A stretch of 32,000 nucleotides of DNA from Candidatus Korarchaeum cryptofilum OPF8 (GTDB taxonomy: Archaea; Korarchaeota; Korarchaeia; Korarchaeales; Korarchaeaceae). The stretch lies in contig NC_010482.1 in assembly GCF_000019605.1 (NCBI RefSeq), positions 720,001 to 752,000 on the forward strand, read 5' to 3'. Below, in pieces: positions 1-9,318 of this stretch. Under the pieces are notes generated by a model, which was given only the letters and a program-made list of their open reading frames with translations, ran no database searches and was not told the origin of the DNA. The translations under genes were made by a program, and so were the position numbers. How positions within the stretch are numbered: position 1 is the first letter of the stretch; each line of letters begins with the position of its first letter.

Positions 1-3000
1 CCCCCTCCATTGAGAAGCGTATATTCCCCCCGAACTCAGCATCGATATTCACTTTAGCCTTCATGCCCAGCTTGCTCACATTTTCTATCGCTATTTTCAG
101 CGAAATTAGATCGGAACTACTTATTGATAGGAGCTTCTCTCCAGAGATGCTGCTATCTATCTTATCTACGTCTCTCTCCTCCTCAGGGCTCAAGATGACT
201 ATGGAGACGGATTCCTCCTTGAGCAGCCCGTCCGAGCTCACTGCCCTTATCTTCAGGGGAAACCTCCCCACCCTCCTGGGCGTTACCTCCCATGAGACCT
301 TCATCGGAGGCCTGCCTTTCCCCTGACTGAGCTCCCCTTCCTCTACCTGGAGCTTTATCTCCTCCGAATAATCTTCTACGGGTTCTATGGATATCTCGAA
401 TACTGCCTTCTCTCCCTGGTTCAATTCCACATGCTTCGGTTTCACATCGAGAACGAAGCCTCTCTTCAGCTCCTCCTCCCTCTTCTCTATCACCCCGGCC
501 CTCAAGACCTCTTCCCATCCTTCCTGCTTCACCAAGTCCTCGAGAGGTATTCTCTCCCCTCCAATCTCTACTTCGTACCAGATCCTCTTCGTTACTCCGT
601 TCTTCCGCACACCGCTTTTGGAGAGGAGCTCCTCCTTCATCTGCTCCGCAGCCCTCTTCCAGGGGAGTATCACTGCTGTATCCCTCAATCCCTTCGGCCT
701 CTCAGCGCCTGAGGATCCGATTCTCTTCCAGTAGAGTCCCCCCTCTATCTTAATCCCTATATCCAGTTTATCCAGGCCCTCGAGGAGGGCTTCCTCAACC
801 GCTTTTTGCGTAGTGAAGGGAGCCGCTGTATTCGTGTAGAATACATCCATGATTTCCTTGAACTCGAACTGCCTGTCTCCATTCACTAAATCCCATCCGA
901 GATTGTCCTTAAGAAAATCGGAGATATCCTTGAATTCCAGTTTTGTCCTGAGCTTCGGTCCAGTTCTCGGGTCTTTGAGCGCCGCTTCCACCTGCGATAT
1001 GAGGTAGGAGGAAGGGCTCGCTTCCACGATCTTTATATCGTTCCCCTCCTTCCCCTTGTATGGGTAAGCGACCTTCGTTAGGAGGGAGAGTATCTGCTGC
1101 ATCAAGTATCCTTTGTTTTCATTAATGTAACTCTCCAACTTATTACTCTGGATCTTTATTATGTCCTTATCCGTGTAGTACTCGCTCAGGTTTTCCTTTA
1201 TTTCTTCAGCTGCTTCTATCTTCGCTACATATCTGAGCTCATCCTCTAAGTTCGATTTCGATGGGAATACTACTGCTATCGTATTTGCATATGTTCTCTT
1301 TCCTCCTCCGGGTTCTCTCAGTATTATATTCCTCAGCTCCTCCTCACTAACATCCGGTTTTACCATTACGACTAACCTCAACGATTTCTCGTCCCTCAGT
1401 TCTCTCCCTATGTCATCTCCATATCCCAGTGTAATCACGTTATTACTGTCAAATACCTCGCCTGATGGCTTCTCTCCCTTCTTGCGGGTTCCGGATGTGT
1501 CTCCTTTAACATGACTTTTTACATAATTGACCAGCTTCCTGTGGAGGTCGAGGATCGCGCCTCTCAGCATCTCATCAGCTCTCCTCTCTACGTACTCCAA
1601 GACCGATGGATAGGGCGTGAACCAGAACCTGTTCTCCTCCCCGGTGAAGTGGGGGAGTTTGACCAGCATCTCCTCTACCGTGGCCTCTATATCTGGTGGC
1701 TGAAGATCGCTTGATGAAAAGCTCTCGGGATCGTAGGTCATCAAAGCTATGTCCTTCAGATCTGGGAATACTTTTAGAGGCTCTTTGAATGTTTCATAGG
1801 TGTAGGTCTTCAATAATACGACTGTAGCTATCTTGAGGGCGAGCGCTGGCTTTGAGCAGTTCGCGATAGAGCCGAGGCTTCCATCCTCGGATACTATGTC
1901 CCTGCTCGCGACATCCCTGAAATTCTTGTAGCTCTCTGTGAGGACCAGGTTCCTTATATCCTTATCCCTCAGGTCTATGTGCCACGGCATTATGAACTCC
2001 GAATCCTCCCTCCCGCTGAGGATCCTCCTCACGACCTTTCTAGTTATCCTTATCGCATCCCTCGTCTTCTGAAGATCTCTGTTCCTCGTGACGAATTCTC
2101 TGAGTACTTCCAAATACTTTGGGTGGAAAGGATAAGTATCCTTAGCCGTGATCCTCTTCTCCTCGAGTGATAGCTGCCAGTCGGATTCCGTCCCGAATAT
2201 CTCGTATCCCCTGTAGGTAGATTGGAGCCCATCTTGAGCTTTCCATGCTGCATCCTCAGATATGTATGAGAATATCCTCCTCTTGAGGACCATCACAATG
2301 TCCTCAGGGGCTACAGGAACTACTATTTTGGTGGTCTCCCTGCGTATGTGCCTCAGTATCTTTTCCGCTACGTCCCTGTAAAGCTCCTCGTAGCGGGGCT
2401 CCCCCTTCCTATACTCCGCTTGGATGGAGATCACGAGGGCTATCCTTTCGAGGGGTTCTATGGCTTTAGCCAGATTTTCCAGGAAAAGTATGACTTTCTC
2501 CCCATAATCCTTGAGATCCTCGGATCTCGTCATATTGAAAACGTAGGGGACTATCTCATCAAGCAGTATTATCGTGGGATCCTTCGCTCCAGACAAGATG
2601 GACCTGAGCTTCTCGATATCGGGAGCCGGAGATCCCTTGCTATCAAGGTGCTCTATATCAGCGTATCTGCCTAGCTTATAAGCTAACATACCCCATATCG
2701 TCCTTATTTTGAATCCCTCAGCTTCATAAGGCTCAGCTGGGTGAGGGACTAATTTCGTGCTGCTCGCGTCCATCACCACGACCTTTACCCTTCCTAGCCT
2801 CGATATCCTAGCGGCGAGTTTCTCATCGAGATCCCTCAGACTCTCCGGGCTCTCGAAGGCATGGTAGAGCGTTATCAGCGTATGGGTCTTCCCTCCTCCG
2901 AAGAGTGATGTCAGGAGGAATATATTGCTTCCCTTTTTCCCCTCTAGAGAATCTGCTATCTCCTCTATAAGCTCCCTCATCGATTTCGTGAGGTAAGTGT

Positions 3001-3154
3001 GCTTGAAGAACTCCTTGGGGTCTGTGTAGAGGGGGACCTCCCTCCGGAAGTAGACATCGCATAAGTTAGGAGCAGCTTTATCGTCCAAGCTCGTATCGTA
3101 GACATCATCCCAGACCTTCACATCTCCCCTCTGCAAATATTCCTTCAGCCCCAT
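1..3154 (-). CDS. DUF499/COG1483-like P-loop ATPase; C-terminus lies beyond the left window edge
   Basis: Absent from the ORF track because it is open at the window edge. Manual minus-strand translation from ATG 3154 (MGLKEYLQRGDVKVWDD...) stays open to position 1 (~1051 codons; frame verified at both ends). Walker A TSLFGGGKTHT (~2884-2910) and Walker B-like TIILLDEIVPY (~2547-2576). The start lies 4 nt after the stop of the upstream methylase gene. Confidence 0.85.
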   Translation of the reverse strand, partial: MGLKEYLQRGDVKVWDDVYDTSLDDKAAPNLCDVYFRREVPLYTDPKEFFKHTYLTKSMRELIEEIADSLEGKKGSNIFLLTSLFGGGKTHTLITLYHAFESPESLRDLDEKLAARISRLGRVKVVVMDASSTKLVPHPAEPYEAEGFKIRTIWGMLAYKLGRYADIEHLDSKGSPAPDIEKLRSILSGAKDPTIILLDEIVPYVFNMTRSEDLKDYGEKVILFLENLAKAIEPLERIALVISIQAEYRKGEPRYEELYRDVAEKILRHIRRETTKIVVPVAPEDIVMVLKRRIFSYISEDAAWKAQDGLQSTYRGYEIFGTESDWQLSLEEKRITAKDTYPFHPKYLEVLREFVTRNRDLQKTRDAIRITRKVVRRILSGREDSEFIMPWHIDLRDKDIRNLVLTESYKNFRDVASRDIVSEDGSLGSIANCSKPALALKIATVVLLKTYTYETFKEPLKVFPDLKDIALMTYDPESFSSSDLQPPDIEATVEEMLVKLPHFTGEENRFWFTPYPSVLEYVERRADEMLRGAILDLHRKLVNYVKSHVKGDTSGTRKKGEKPSGEVFDSNNVITLGYGDDIGRELRDEKSLRLVVMVKPDVSEEELRNIILREPGGGKRTYANTIAVVFPSKSNLEDELRYVAKIEAAEEIKENLSEYYTDKDIIKIQSNKLESYINENKGYLMQQILSLLTKVAYPYKGKEGNDIKIVEASPSSYLISQVEAALKDPRTGPKLRTKLEFKDISDFLKDNLGWDLVNGDRQFEFKEIMDVFYTNTAAPFTTQKAVEEALLEGLDKLDIGIKIEGGLYWKRIGSSGAERPKGLRDTAVILPWKRAAEQMKEELLSKSGVRKNGVTKRIWYEVEIGGERIPLEDLVKQEGWEEVLRAGVIEKREEELKRGFVLDVKPKHVELNQGEKAVFEISIEPVEDYSEEIKLQVEEGELSQGKGRPPMKVSWEVTPRRVGRFPLKIRAVSSDGLLKEESVSIVILSPEEERDVDKIDSSISGEKLLSISSSDLISLKIAIENVSKLGMKAKVNIDAEFGGNIRFSMEG

Positions 3155-3158
3155 GAGA

Positions 3159-6077
3159 TCACCCCAAATCGAGCGGAACTGCCCTAGGCACTGGTTCTAA
3201 GCATCCGACGATCCTCTCGCACAGTACCCTCTCCTTATCGTCCTTAGATAGGACCTTAGCCATCATCTTAGCCATTAAAATTGCCTCCTCGACTTGAGAG
3301 GGGTACTTCGATCTCAGTTCATCGAGCTTCTTCTTGAATTCCCCGCAGGCGAGCGAGACGGAATAATACTCGAGGACGTGCAAGGCATCTATCGAGCACC
3401 TTATCTCGGGTTCCCTCACACCCACCCCTCTGACCTCTAGAAGTTCCTCTAATTTAGCTTTTTCCGTAGATGTGGGCTCCATTAAGATGAGGCTCTGCGC
3501 TCTCGCTACTTTAGCCCCTTCGCTCTCCCCTCCTTTCAATATCCTCAGTTTCTTCGCCCTTCCCAGATCTAGGGAGGTCCCTATTGAGAATATCCTGGCA
3601 TCTGTGCTCTCTATCACTTTCTCCTTCATCCCGCTGAGGGCAAATTTTACGATAAGGTAGAACATAGCCTCAGGGCTTTTTATAGTCTCTTTAAGATCCG
3701 CTTTATATGCTAGGGCTCTCGCGAGGCCCAGGAGGGAGGCAGGGTATATGTAGCTGTCGACTAGCGTCCTGACGTCAACTCTCCCCATAGACCTGACCTC
3801 CTTGTACTTAGTGGCCACTGAAAGAGCTTCCGCTAGAGTCCCTATTATGAGATCCCTCCCGCTTATGCCCAGATCTATTAGCTCCCTAGCTTTCCTCGCT
3901 GAGGCATCTGCCATCTCCTCGTAGAGATCTGATGCATCTACTGATGCCTCGGATCCCTTCCTCCACACCACAATAATGCTAGTGTCCATGGATAGCTTCC
4001 CCCTTTTGACAACGCTCTGCTCAGATTCCGTGACCAACGGGAACGCGTTCGTGATCCTCAACCCCGAGTTCTCCCAACCGGTCTCTAGGAGGGCCTTCCA
4101 TGCATCGGGACTAGTGTGAGCATAGAAAGTCACTAAAATTCCGTCTTCCTTGAGCCTAGAGGCCATGTTATTGAAGGAGAGATTCAGGAGGTTCTGAAAG
4201 TGTTTTATGCCTTCCTCCTTCTTCGCATTCGGGCCAAGCCTAGGCGGGTTGAGGCTCACCTCACTCAAAGCATATTTTTCCCATTGGGTAGGTATCTCTA
4301 TATAGCTTTCACCGACTTTCTCGAAGAAAGCCTCCGGTATGAATCTCGGAGCGAGTTTGTTATCGATAACATCGCTCAAAGCTCTCTTCAACCAGACGTA
4401 GTAGAAATCGCTGAGCTCTGTATAGGGAACATCATCATAGTAGGGTGGATCTGTAACTATAAGATCGAACTTCTCCTCTGAATTAAGCTTATTGAGGATT
4501 GTAGCATCATCTAGTAATACTTTTATTTCGTTATTTTCGGTTAATCCCTCGTCTAATGGACTATGAGGTGTGTTATGAATGCCAAAAATAAGGTAAGAAA
4601 GGCCATTAGTACACTGTTTTATTACCCTCATCCAGCTACCAGTAAATTCAGCCGAGGGGACAGTATCTACCCAATTCCACATCATTGCTATACCGCGCAT
4701 AGCAAGTCCATGACTAATTTTTGGTATATTGCAATCCCACAGATTACATAAGAAGTTATAATCAGCATATTTACATAGCGCTATTGCCAGATATGCTGTC
4801 ACTGCTTCCGCATACTCAAACGCATCCTGCTTACTCCAACCCTCTTTAAGTTTATCCTCCTCTATCCTCTTTCCGGCCTCTCTTATCAGCTTAACGAGCT
4901 TGACTAATGTCAGAAGCTGGCGGGGGTTAAAGAGCTTATACCATTCAGTCATACCATAAAGTATTGGGAAAAGGTACCTCACACTATATGGAGAGATAAA
5001 ATCTCTTGGTACGTCTGGATCATTTGCCTCTAGGAGCTTTTTCACCTCTTCCCTCGCTTTCTCAAGTTTTTCTTGATCTTTTTCAGTACATGGCTCGAAT
5101 TCCAGGTCTCCCTGTTTAACTTTGACTTTAACGAGCAGCCTCTGCCTTGCTAAGCTATCATCCCCCTCATTACACCTCGAGAGCGCGTACTTCACGTACC
5201 ACTTCAGCTTTTCACCCTTCCCGGGCTTGATAACATGCCTCCCATCCTCAGCATCATAATACTTTATGGGTTGATTGCAGAGGAGGCATACAGCCTGCTC
5301 CCTTCTCGCCTCTATATTGCTCTCTGGAACTCTGAACTCCTCGGAATCTATTATCACTCTGTTCTTCACAATTTTAGCTCTCTCAACGGCTCTGTCTCCA
5401 AACATTTTATTCAGATCCACTACCTCTATGCCAACTCTATCCCCATTTACCACGGGCTTCATCCAAGCGATCCTCTCATACCCCTTATCTCCTTTAACCC
5501 TCGCTAGCCACCAGTTTCCCACTAGCGGAGTCCACCTCCCGCAGTTAGGGCACTTCACCTCCCACGATCCGATGTAGGCAGCTACGTCCTCATCGTAAAG
5601 CTCCTTCACCTCCTCCTTGAGCCTCTCAACAACCCACTCCCCCCACTTTTTCACGTCATCTGAGAGCTTCTTCCCATATTTAGGGTACTCCAAGATAGCC
5701 TTCAGGAACACGTAAGCTGTTGGAAGAAGCTCTACAGCTGTTGCTGAGATCCCAAGCCTAAGTGCTTCTAAGGGTATCGAGCCGAACCCTGCGAATGGAT
5801 CCAAGAGCTTTACTCCATCGAATTTGTATGAAGGGGGATTTCTATGAGCCATTCCTTTCCCCCTTATCCCTATCGAACGGAGGAAACTCTCTCTATCAGT
5901 GTTTTCAGGCAGGAGGCATCCGGCTATCACAGCTCTCGCTGCTATTAACGGCTTCCTAGTCCACCAGAAGACCATCTCCCAATGAGGAGGCCTTCCAGGT
6001 CCCTTCTCTGCAGCGGATGCTCTACTCACCTCCTTGACTGGGAACCTCGGCGACTCTATGAACTTCCTTTCGCTCAC
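3159..6077 (-). CDS. DUF1156/COG1743-like N6-adenine DNA methyltransferase with Zn-ribbon insertion
   Basis: 972-aa ORF with a GTG start. The N-terminus FPVKEVS...GRPPHWEMVFWWTRKP is typical of DUF1156. SAM motif LLDPFAGFGSIPLEA; Cys clusters CPNCGRW and CLLCNQP; catalytic DPPY in LIVTDPPYYDDVPY (4440-4451). Confidence 0.88.
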   Translation of the reverse strand: MSERKFIESPRFPVKEVSRASAAEKGPGRPPHWEMVFWWTRKPLIAARAVIAGCLLPENTDRESFLRSIGIRGKGMAHRNPPSYKFDGVKLLDPFAGFGSIPLEALRLGISATAVELLPTAYVFLKAILEYPKYGKKLSDDVKKWGEWVVERLKEEVKELYDEDVAAYIGSWEVKCPNCGRWTPLVGNWWLARVKGDKGYERIAWMKPVVNGDRVGIEVVDLNKMFGDRAVERAKIVKNRVIIDSEEFRVPESNIEARREQAVCLLCNQPIKYYDAEDGRHVIKPGKGEKLKWYVKYALSRCNEGDDSLARQRLLVKVKVKQGDLEFEPCTEKDQEKLEKAREEVKKLLEANDPDVPRDFISPYSVRYLFPILYGMTEWYKLFNPRQLLTLVKLVKLIREAGKRIEEDKLKEGWSKQDAFEYAEAVTAYLAIALCKYADYNFLCNLWDCNIPKISHGLAMRGIAMMWNWVDTVPSAEFTGSWMRVIKQCTNGLSYLIFGIHNTPHSPLDEGLTENNEIKVLLDDATILNKLNSEEKFDLIVTDPPYYDDVPYTELSDFYYVWLKRALSDVIDNKLAPRFIPEAFFEKVGESYIEIPTQWEKYALSEVSLNPPRLGPNAKKEEGIKHFQNLLNLSFNNMASRLKEDGILVTFYAHTSPDAWKALLETGWENSGLRITNAFPLVTESEQSVVKRGKLSMDTSIIVVWRKGSEASVDASDLYEEMADASARKARELIDLGISGRDLIIGTLAEALSVATKYKEVRSMGRVDVRTLVDSYIYPASLLGLARALAYKADLKETIKSPEAMFYLIVKFALSGMKEKVIESTDARIFSIGTSLDLGRAKKLRILKGGESEGAKVARAQSLILMEPTSTEKAKLEELLEVRGVGVREPEIRCSIDALHVLEYYSVSLACGEFKKKLDELRSKYPSQVEEAILMAKMMAKVLSKDDKERVLCERIVGCLEPVPRAVPLDLG

Positions 6078-6105
6078 TCACACCCCTCTGCTGGGTCCTC
6101 TCCAT

Positions 6106-6118
6106 GAAAAATATAAGT
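6106..6118 (-). promoter_or_regulatory. Candidate TATA box for the methylase-ATPase operon
   Basis: The minus strand reads AAACTTATATTTTTC, centred ~35 nt upstream of GTG 6077, in a 128-nt gap after the preceding gene. Confidence 0.35.
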
Positions 6119-6205
6119 TTTCGCTCCATCTTCCAATAAAAGTTTTCCCGGCTTTCCACAGCATTCATAGGGGTTAAGGGGCCCGCCTCAAGGCTCTTCA
6201 GCGGG

Positions 6206-7725
6206 TTAGATATATATGTGGAATACCCCTTTCGAGCTCGCGTAAGCTCTTATTCCCTGATCCGAGGTTATGAGTATGGCATTGTACTGTAGTGCGATGT
6301 CCACTATCTTCTCATCTCTCGCCTTGTTATATTTTTGATATCCCCTCAACTTTTCCCGGGCATTCAAGTCCTATCCTTCCTATCGATGAGAGTTCAGCTA
6401 ATTTACCGAGTTCTTGCTTCCCCTTTTTATTATCTGCCTCTTTTCTGACGACATTGGGCAGGATTATCGTGAACCCCTCGAAGAAGCGGGAGCTCTCGAG
6501 ATCCTTGCTTATCACCCCTCTGATCACTATATTCGTATCGGGCACTACGTAACCGCAGTAATATCTAAGGGTAATTCCTGCATTTTCTATCAATTTCTTA
6601 CATTTCGGGCACTTTATTCCGGAGATTTTCCTCCCATCATCTTCGTATATAGCGAAAGTGACACTCTTGTTTATGGAACCACAGTGCGGGCAGATTATGG
6701 CTAGAGACTGTATTGAGAGCCTTCCTTTATTGAACTCCTCTAGAAACTCTTCTGATAGAAGTTCCTCTTTTATCGGTGGGATTTGCTTCGATCTCTCAGG
6801 TTTCCCCTCAATCCTCCTCACTGTCTCATAGGATCTCCTGATGAACCACGGCCAATCCCTGCCCGACTCATACCATTTCTCCAACCATTTGATCGTCTGC
6901 ATATCATTCGGATTGCCGGAACCGACGGAGAGACCATCTATCTGGAAATCCGGATTTTCATTTATTCTCTCTATAATTTCTTCCCTAATCCTTTTCGATA
7001 CGAGAGAAGCTACTTTAACCTCTAGGTATCTCTCATCAGCCTTATTTTCTACTATAACTTCAGCTCCCTGATTCCTCAAGAAGTTAAGGTATCTTCCCAA
7101 CGTCGATCCGACTCCGTAATCATCGAGCACCACTCTACAGGAACGCATATCGGCATCTCTCGTAAATTTCGATAGGATCCTCTGATAAGTAACGTCCATT
7201 ATCTTATTCAGGTTATACTCATCTACCTCCTCAGGTGAGATCGTTTGCACCTCATACCGGAAGCCGTGCTTCATAAGGCCATCGATCCTCCTGAAGATTT
7301 CATCCCAATATTTGAAGTCGTGTCTCCTCTTCGTGTCAGCAGTACTTACTATATCGCTTAATTCGTCGAAGAGGTCTTAGGGAAAATCACACCGGCGAGT
7401 ACAACGTGACCTATGATCTCGCCTTTCCCCGTCTCATCCAAACCTATTAGGAGATCCCTCGAGGGGGTTTTGAATCTCGGAGAGCGGGAATCTATGTACG
7501 ACCACATATCTAAGACATTCCGATCCTGAGATCTGGAAGGCGTTGAATAAAGTGTCCCGTTCTTATAAAACGTGAATGTGGAATCAGATAGCTTGACTCT
7601 CCACTCCTCGCTTGGGCTTTTAACTTCCTCCTCAACACCCCCTGCATCAGTAAACGCTCTTTTATTTCAGCCGCGTCCTCTCTCGTGAGATTTTTCCATG
7701 TACGGCCTCCTACGGAAGAACTCAT
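6206..7725 (-). pseudogene. RNase HII/HIII-like + Zn-ribbon + PIN fusion gene broken by three frameshifts
   Basis: Four collinear minus-strand pieces. (1) 7725-~7640: MSSSVGGRTWKNLTREDAAEIKERLLMQG. (2) ...EEWRVKLSDSTFTFYKNGTLY...LLIGLDETGKGEIIGHVVLAGVIFPK, the RNase H2 N-terminal DE motif. (3) Track ORF 6327-7274, extended upstream, with VLDDYG, KADERYLEVKVASLVSKR, CPHCG...CPKCK and VVPDTNIVI. (4) 6206-~6330: RDEKIVDIALQYNAILITSDQGIRAYASSKGV, a PIN C-terminal motif. Shifts lie at the C5 run 7638-7642, at ~7375-7385 and at ~6300-6345. Confidence 0.7.
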
Positions 7726-7746
7726 CTTTTTCGTCGAATCTTAAGT

Positions 7747-7757
7747 GATATATAAAG
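7747..7757 (-). promoter_or_regulatory. Candidate TATA box for the gene starting at 7725
   Basis: gatatataaag (minus strand CTTTATATATC) lies ~25-30 nt upstream of ATG 7725. Confidence 0.35.
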
Positions 7758-7770
7758 CCTATATGGTGTA

Positions 7771-7790
7771 ATGCAACTGCAAGGTTGCAT
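7771..7790. promoter_or_regulatory. Inverted repeat ATGCAAC-N6-GTTGCAT in a divergent intergenic region
   Basis: Perfect 7-bp arms between divergent genes (7725 minus, 7812/7860 plus). Candidate operator. Confidence 0.35.
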
Positions 7791-7811
7791 GAATACCCTT
7801 AGAGGATAACT

Positions 7812-8297
7812 GTGAGGAAATTATTTATCTTTCTCCCCGTGAAGAATCGGGGTGTTGCGTTGAGTGAGATCATAGGTGTGATATATCCGGTACCCTCTAA
7901 CCTGTTGCAGAGGATATTCAGCGGCAAAGATGTGTTCATAAAGCATCCCACGTGCTTCAAGCAGCTCAAACCTGGGCACAAGGTCCTCTTCTACGCATCC
8001 CATGAGATAAGGGGCATCGTGGGGGAGGCGACGATAAAGAGCGTAGGGATGATGAAGCTCGATGAGATATACAGTAAATATGGAGAGAGGGTCTTCATAA
8101 CGAAGGAGGAAGCTAGGAGTTACTCGAGGCCCCTCAAGGATAGGAGAGGCGGAGGCCCCTACAGGGACGTCACTTTCCTCGTCCTAGAGCTCGAGGACAT
8201 AAAGAAATACGATAGAGTCGTGAAGCCCAGGAGGTTCATAACAGTGGGAGGGAAGTACTTAACGAAGCAAGAGTATGAGGACATGAGGTCTCACTAA
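7812..8297 (+). CDS. ASCH/PUA-like fold protein (putative RNA/DNA-binding)
   Basis: Track ORF. The pattern KPGHKVLFYASHEIRGIVGEATIKSV...LDEIYSKYGERVFITKEEARSYS...FLVLELEDIKKYDRVVKP matches ASCH-domain logic. The likely true start is TTG 7860 (MSEIIGV...), ~30 nt after aaattatttatc. Confidence 0.55.
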   Translation: MRKLFIFLPVKNRGVALSEIIGVIYPVPSNLLQRIFSGKDVFIKHPTCFKQLKPGHKVLFYASHEIRGIVGEATIKSVGMMKLDEIYSKYGERVFITKEEARSYSRPLKDRRGGGPYRDVTFLVLELEDIKKYDRVVKPRRFITVGGKYLTKQEYEDMRSH

Positions 8298-8383
8298 TTA
8301 TCTGAAATTTCTGCCTCCCACTATGCCTTATTTTCGGGGGCTCCCTAATACGTATTTAAATTTTGGGATCGCCGAATTTCCCG

Positions 8384-9136
8384 ATGGAATTGAGGGAGGA
8401 CGAGTCCTTATTCAGCCCCTCCGATACCTCCGCTACTTCGCGGAGAGGAGGGGAGTCTCTATAGACTCCTTGAGGATCCCGGATGCTATTGACATATGAT
8501 AGAGGCTTATTTGAATGTGCTAAGGGCCTCATCAGGGGCGAACCCATAGAATGGATGTATGGAGAAGCCATCCTGCACCGGCCGATTCAACGGTGTAGAA
8601 ATATGAGCTGGCCTTTTCCCGATCGGAGCACCTGCCGCAGCAGCCACACTCGAGGAAGCAATTGCATGCGGAGCTAAGATGATCATCGAGGTCGGCTTGG
8701 CCGGAGGCCTGCAGGGATTCCTGAAACCGGCTGATATAATAGTCGTGACGGAGGCAGTACGCGACGAGGGGACCTCCTATCATTACCTCCCGCCCGGAGT
8801 GAAAGTGGAGTCCTCCCAGAGATTGAGAGAGACTTTGATTGAGTGTTTGAATGGATGAGGCACTTCGTCGGCCCAGTTTGGTCCACTGACGGCGTTTACA
8901 GGGAGACCTTGGGCAAGTTCCGCAGGTTCAGGGATAGCGGCGTCTTGGCTGTGAATATGGAGACATCCGCAATTTTCGCTGTCGCGAAATATAGAGGCGT
9001 TGAAGCAGCTTCAGCTCAAGTGATTTCAGATATACTGACGGAGAGGGGATGGTTCCCAGCCTTTCACGAGAGATCTGTTAGGGAAAGTGCGGAAGTCCTG
9101 CTGAAGGCTGCCCTAGAGGTCCTTTCAAAGAGTTGA
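8384..9136 (+). pseudogene. Nucleoside phosphorylase (PNP_UDP_1, Udp-like), multiply disrupted
   Basis: Collinear fragments lie in different frames: MELREDESLFSPSD / LRYFAERRGVSIDSLRIPDAIDI / YDRGLFECAKGLIRGEPIEWMYGEAILHR / RFNGVEI-TGA(8604-8606)-AGLFPIGAPAAAATLEEAIACGAKMIIEVGLAGG...DIIVVTEAVRDEGTSYHY / track ORF 8843-9136 (GPVWSTDGVYRET...LAVNMETSAIFAVA). TATA-like tatttaaatttt lies ~25 nt upstream of 8384. Confidence 0.75.
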
Positions 9137-9318
9137 AAAGCTTTGCTTTCGTTAACTTCCGGGAGATAGAAATTCCACAGATTCAAGGTGAAGTGTGAAT
9201 AACCGGAGAGGGAGTTCGGCTCAAGGTCGAACTTATCGTTCTAAAAATGGGAAATCTGGCAGGTAAGCATTCTGATGGGAGACTTTCCCTGCTCACTAGT
9301 CAAGGTACTCGGACACAC

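Noticed and set aside
63-3062. Track ORFs 63-326, 183-518, 387-734, 431-712, 1511-1714, 1979-2170, 2050-2253, 2348-2674 and 2823-3062
   Set aside because: All lie inside, or antisense to, the long open minus-strand frame 1-3154 (DUF499 ATPase) in other frames. Their composition is low-complexity (S/L/P-rich), typical of shadow ORFs.
3472-5959. Plus-strand ORFs inside the methylase gene (3472-3660, 4200-4481, 4563-4751, 5235-5577, 5762-5959)
   Set aside because: They are antisense shadows of a 972-aa ORF with clear motifs and have no motifs of their own.
8356-8886. Minus-strand ORFs 8356-8571, 8532-8783 and 8683-8886
   Set aside because: They are antisense to the collinear nucleoside-phosphorylase fragments, which explain this region better.
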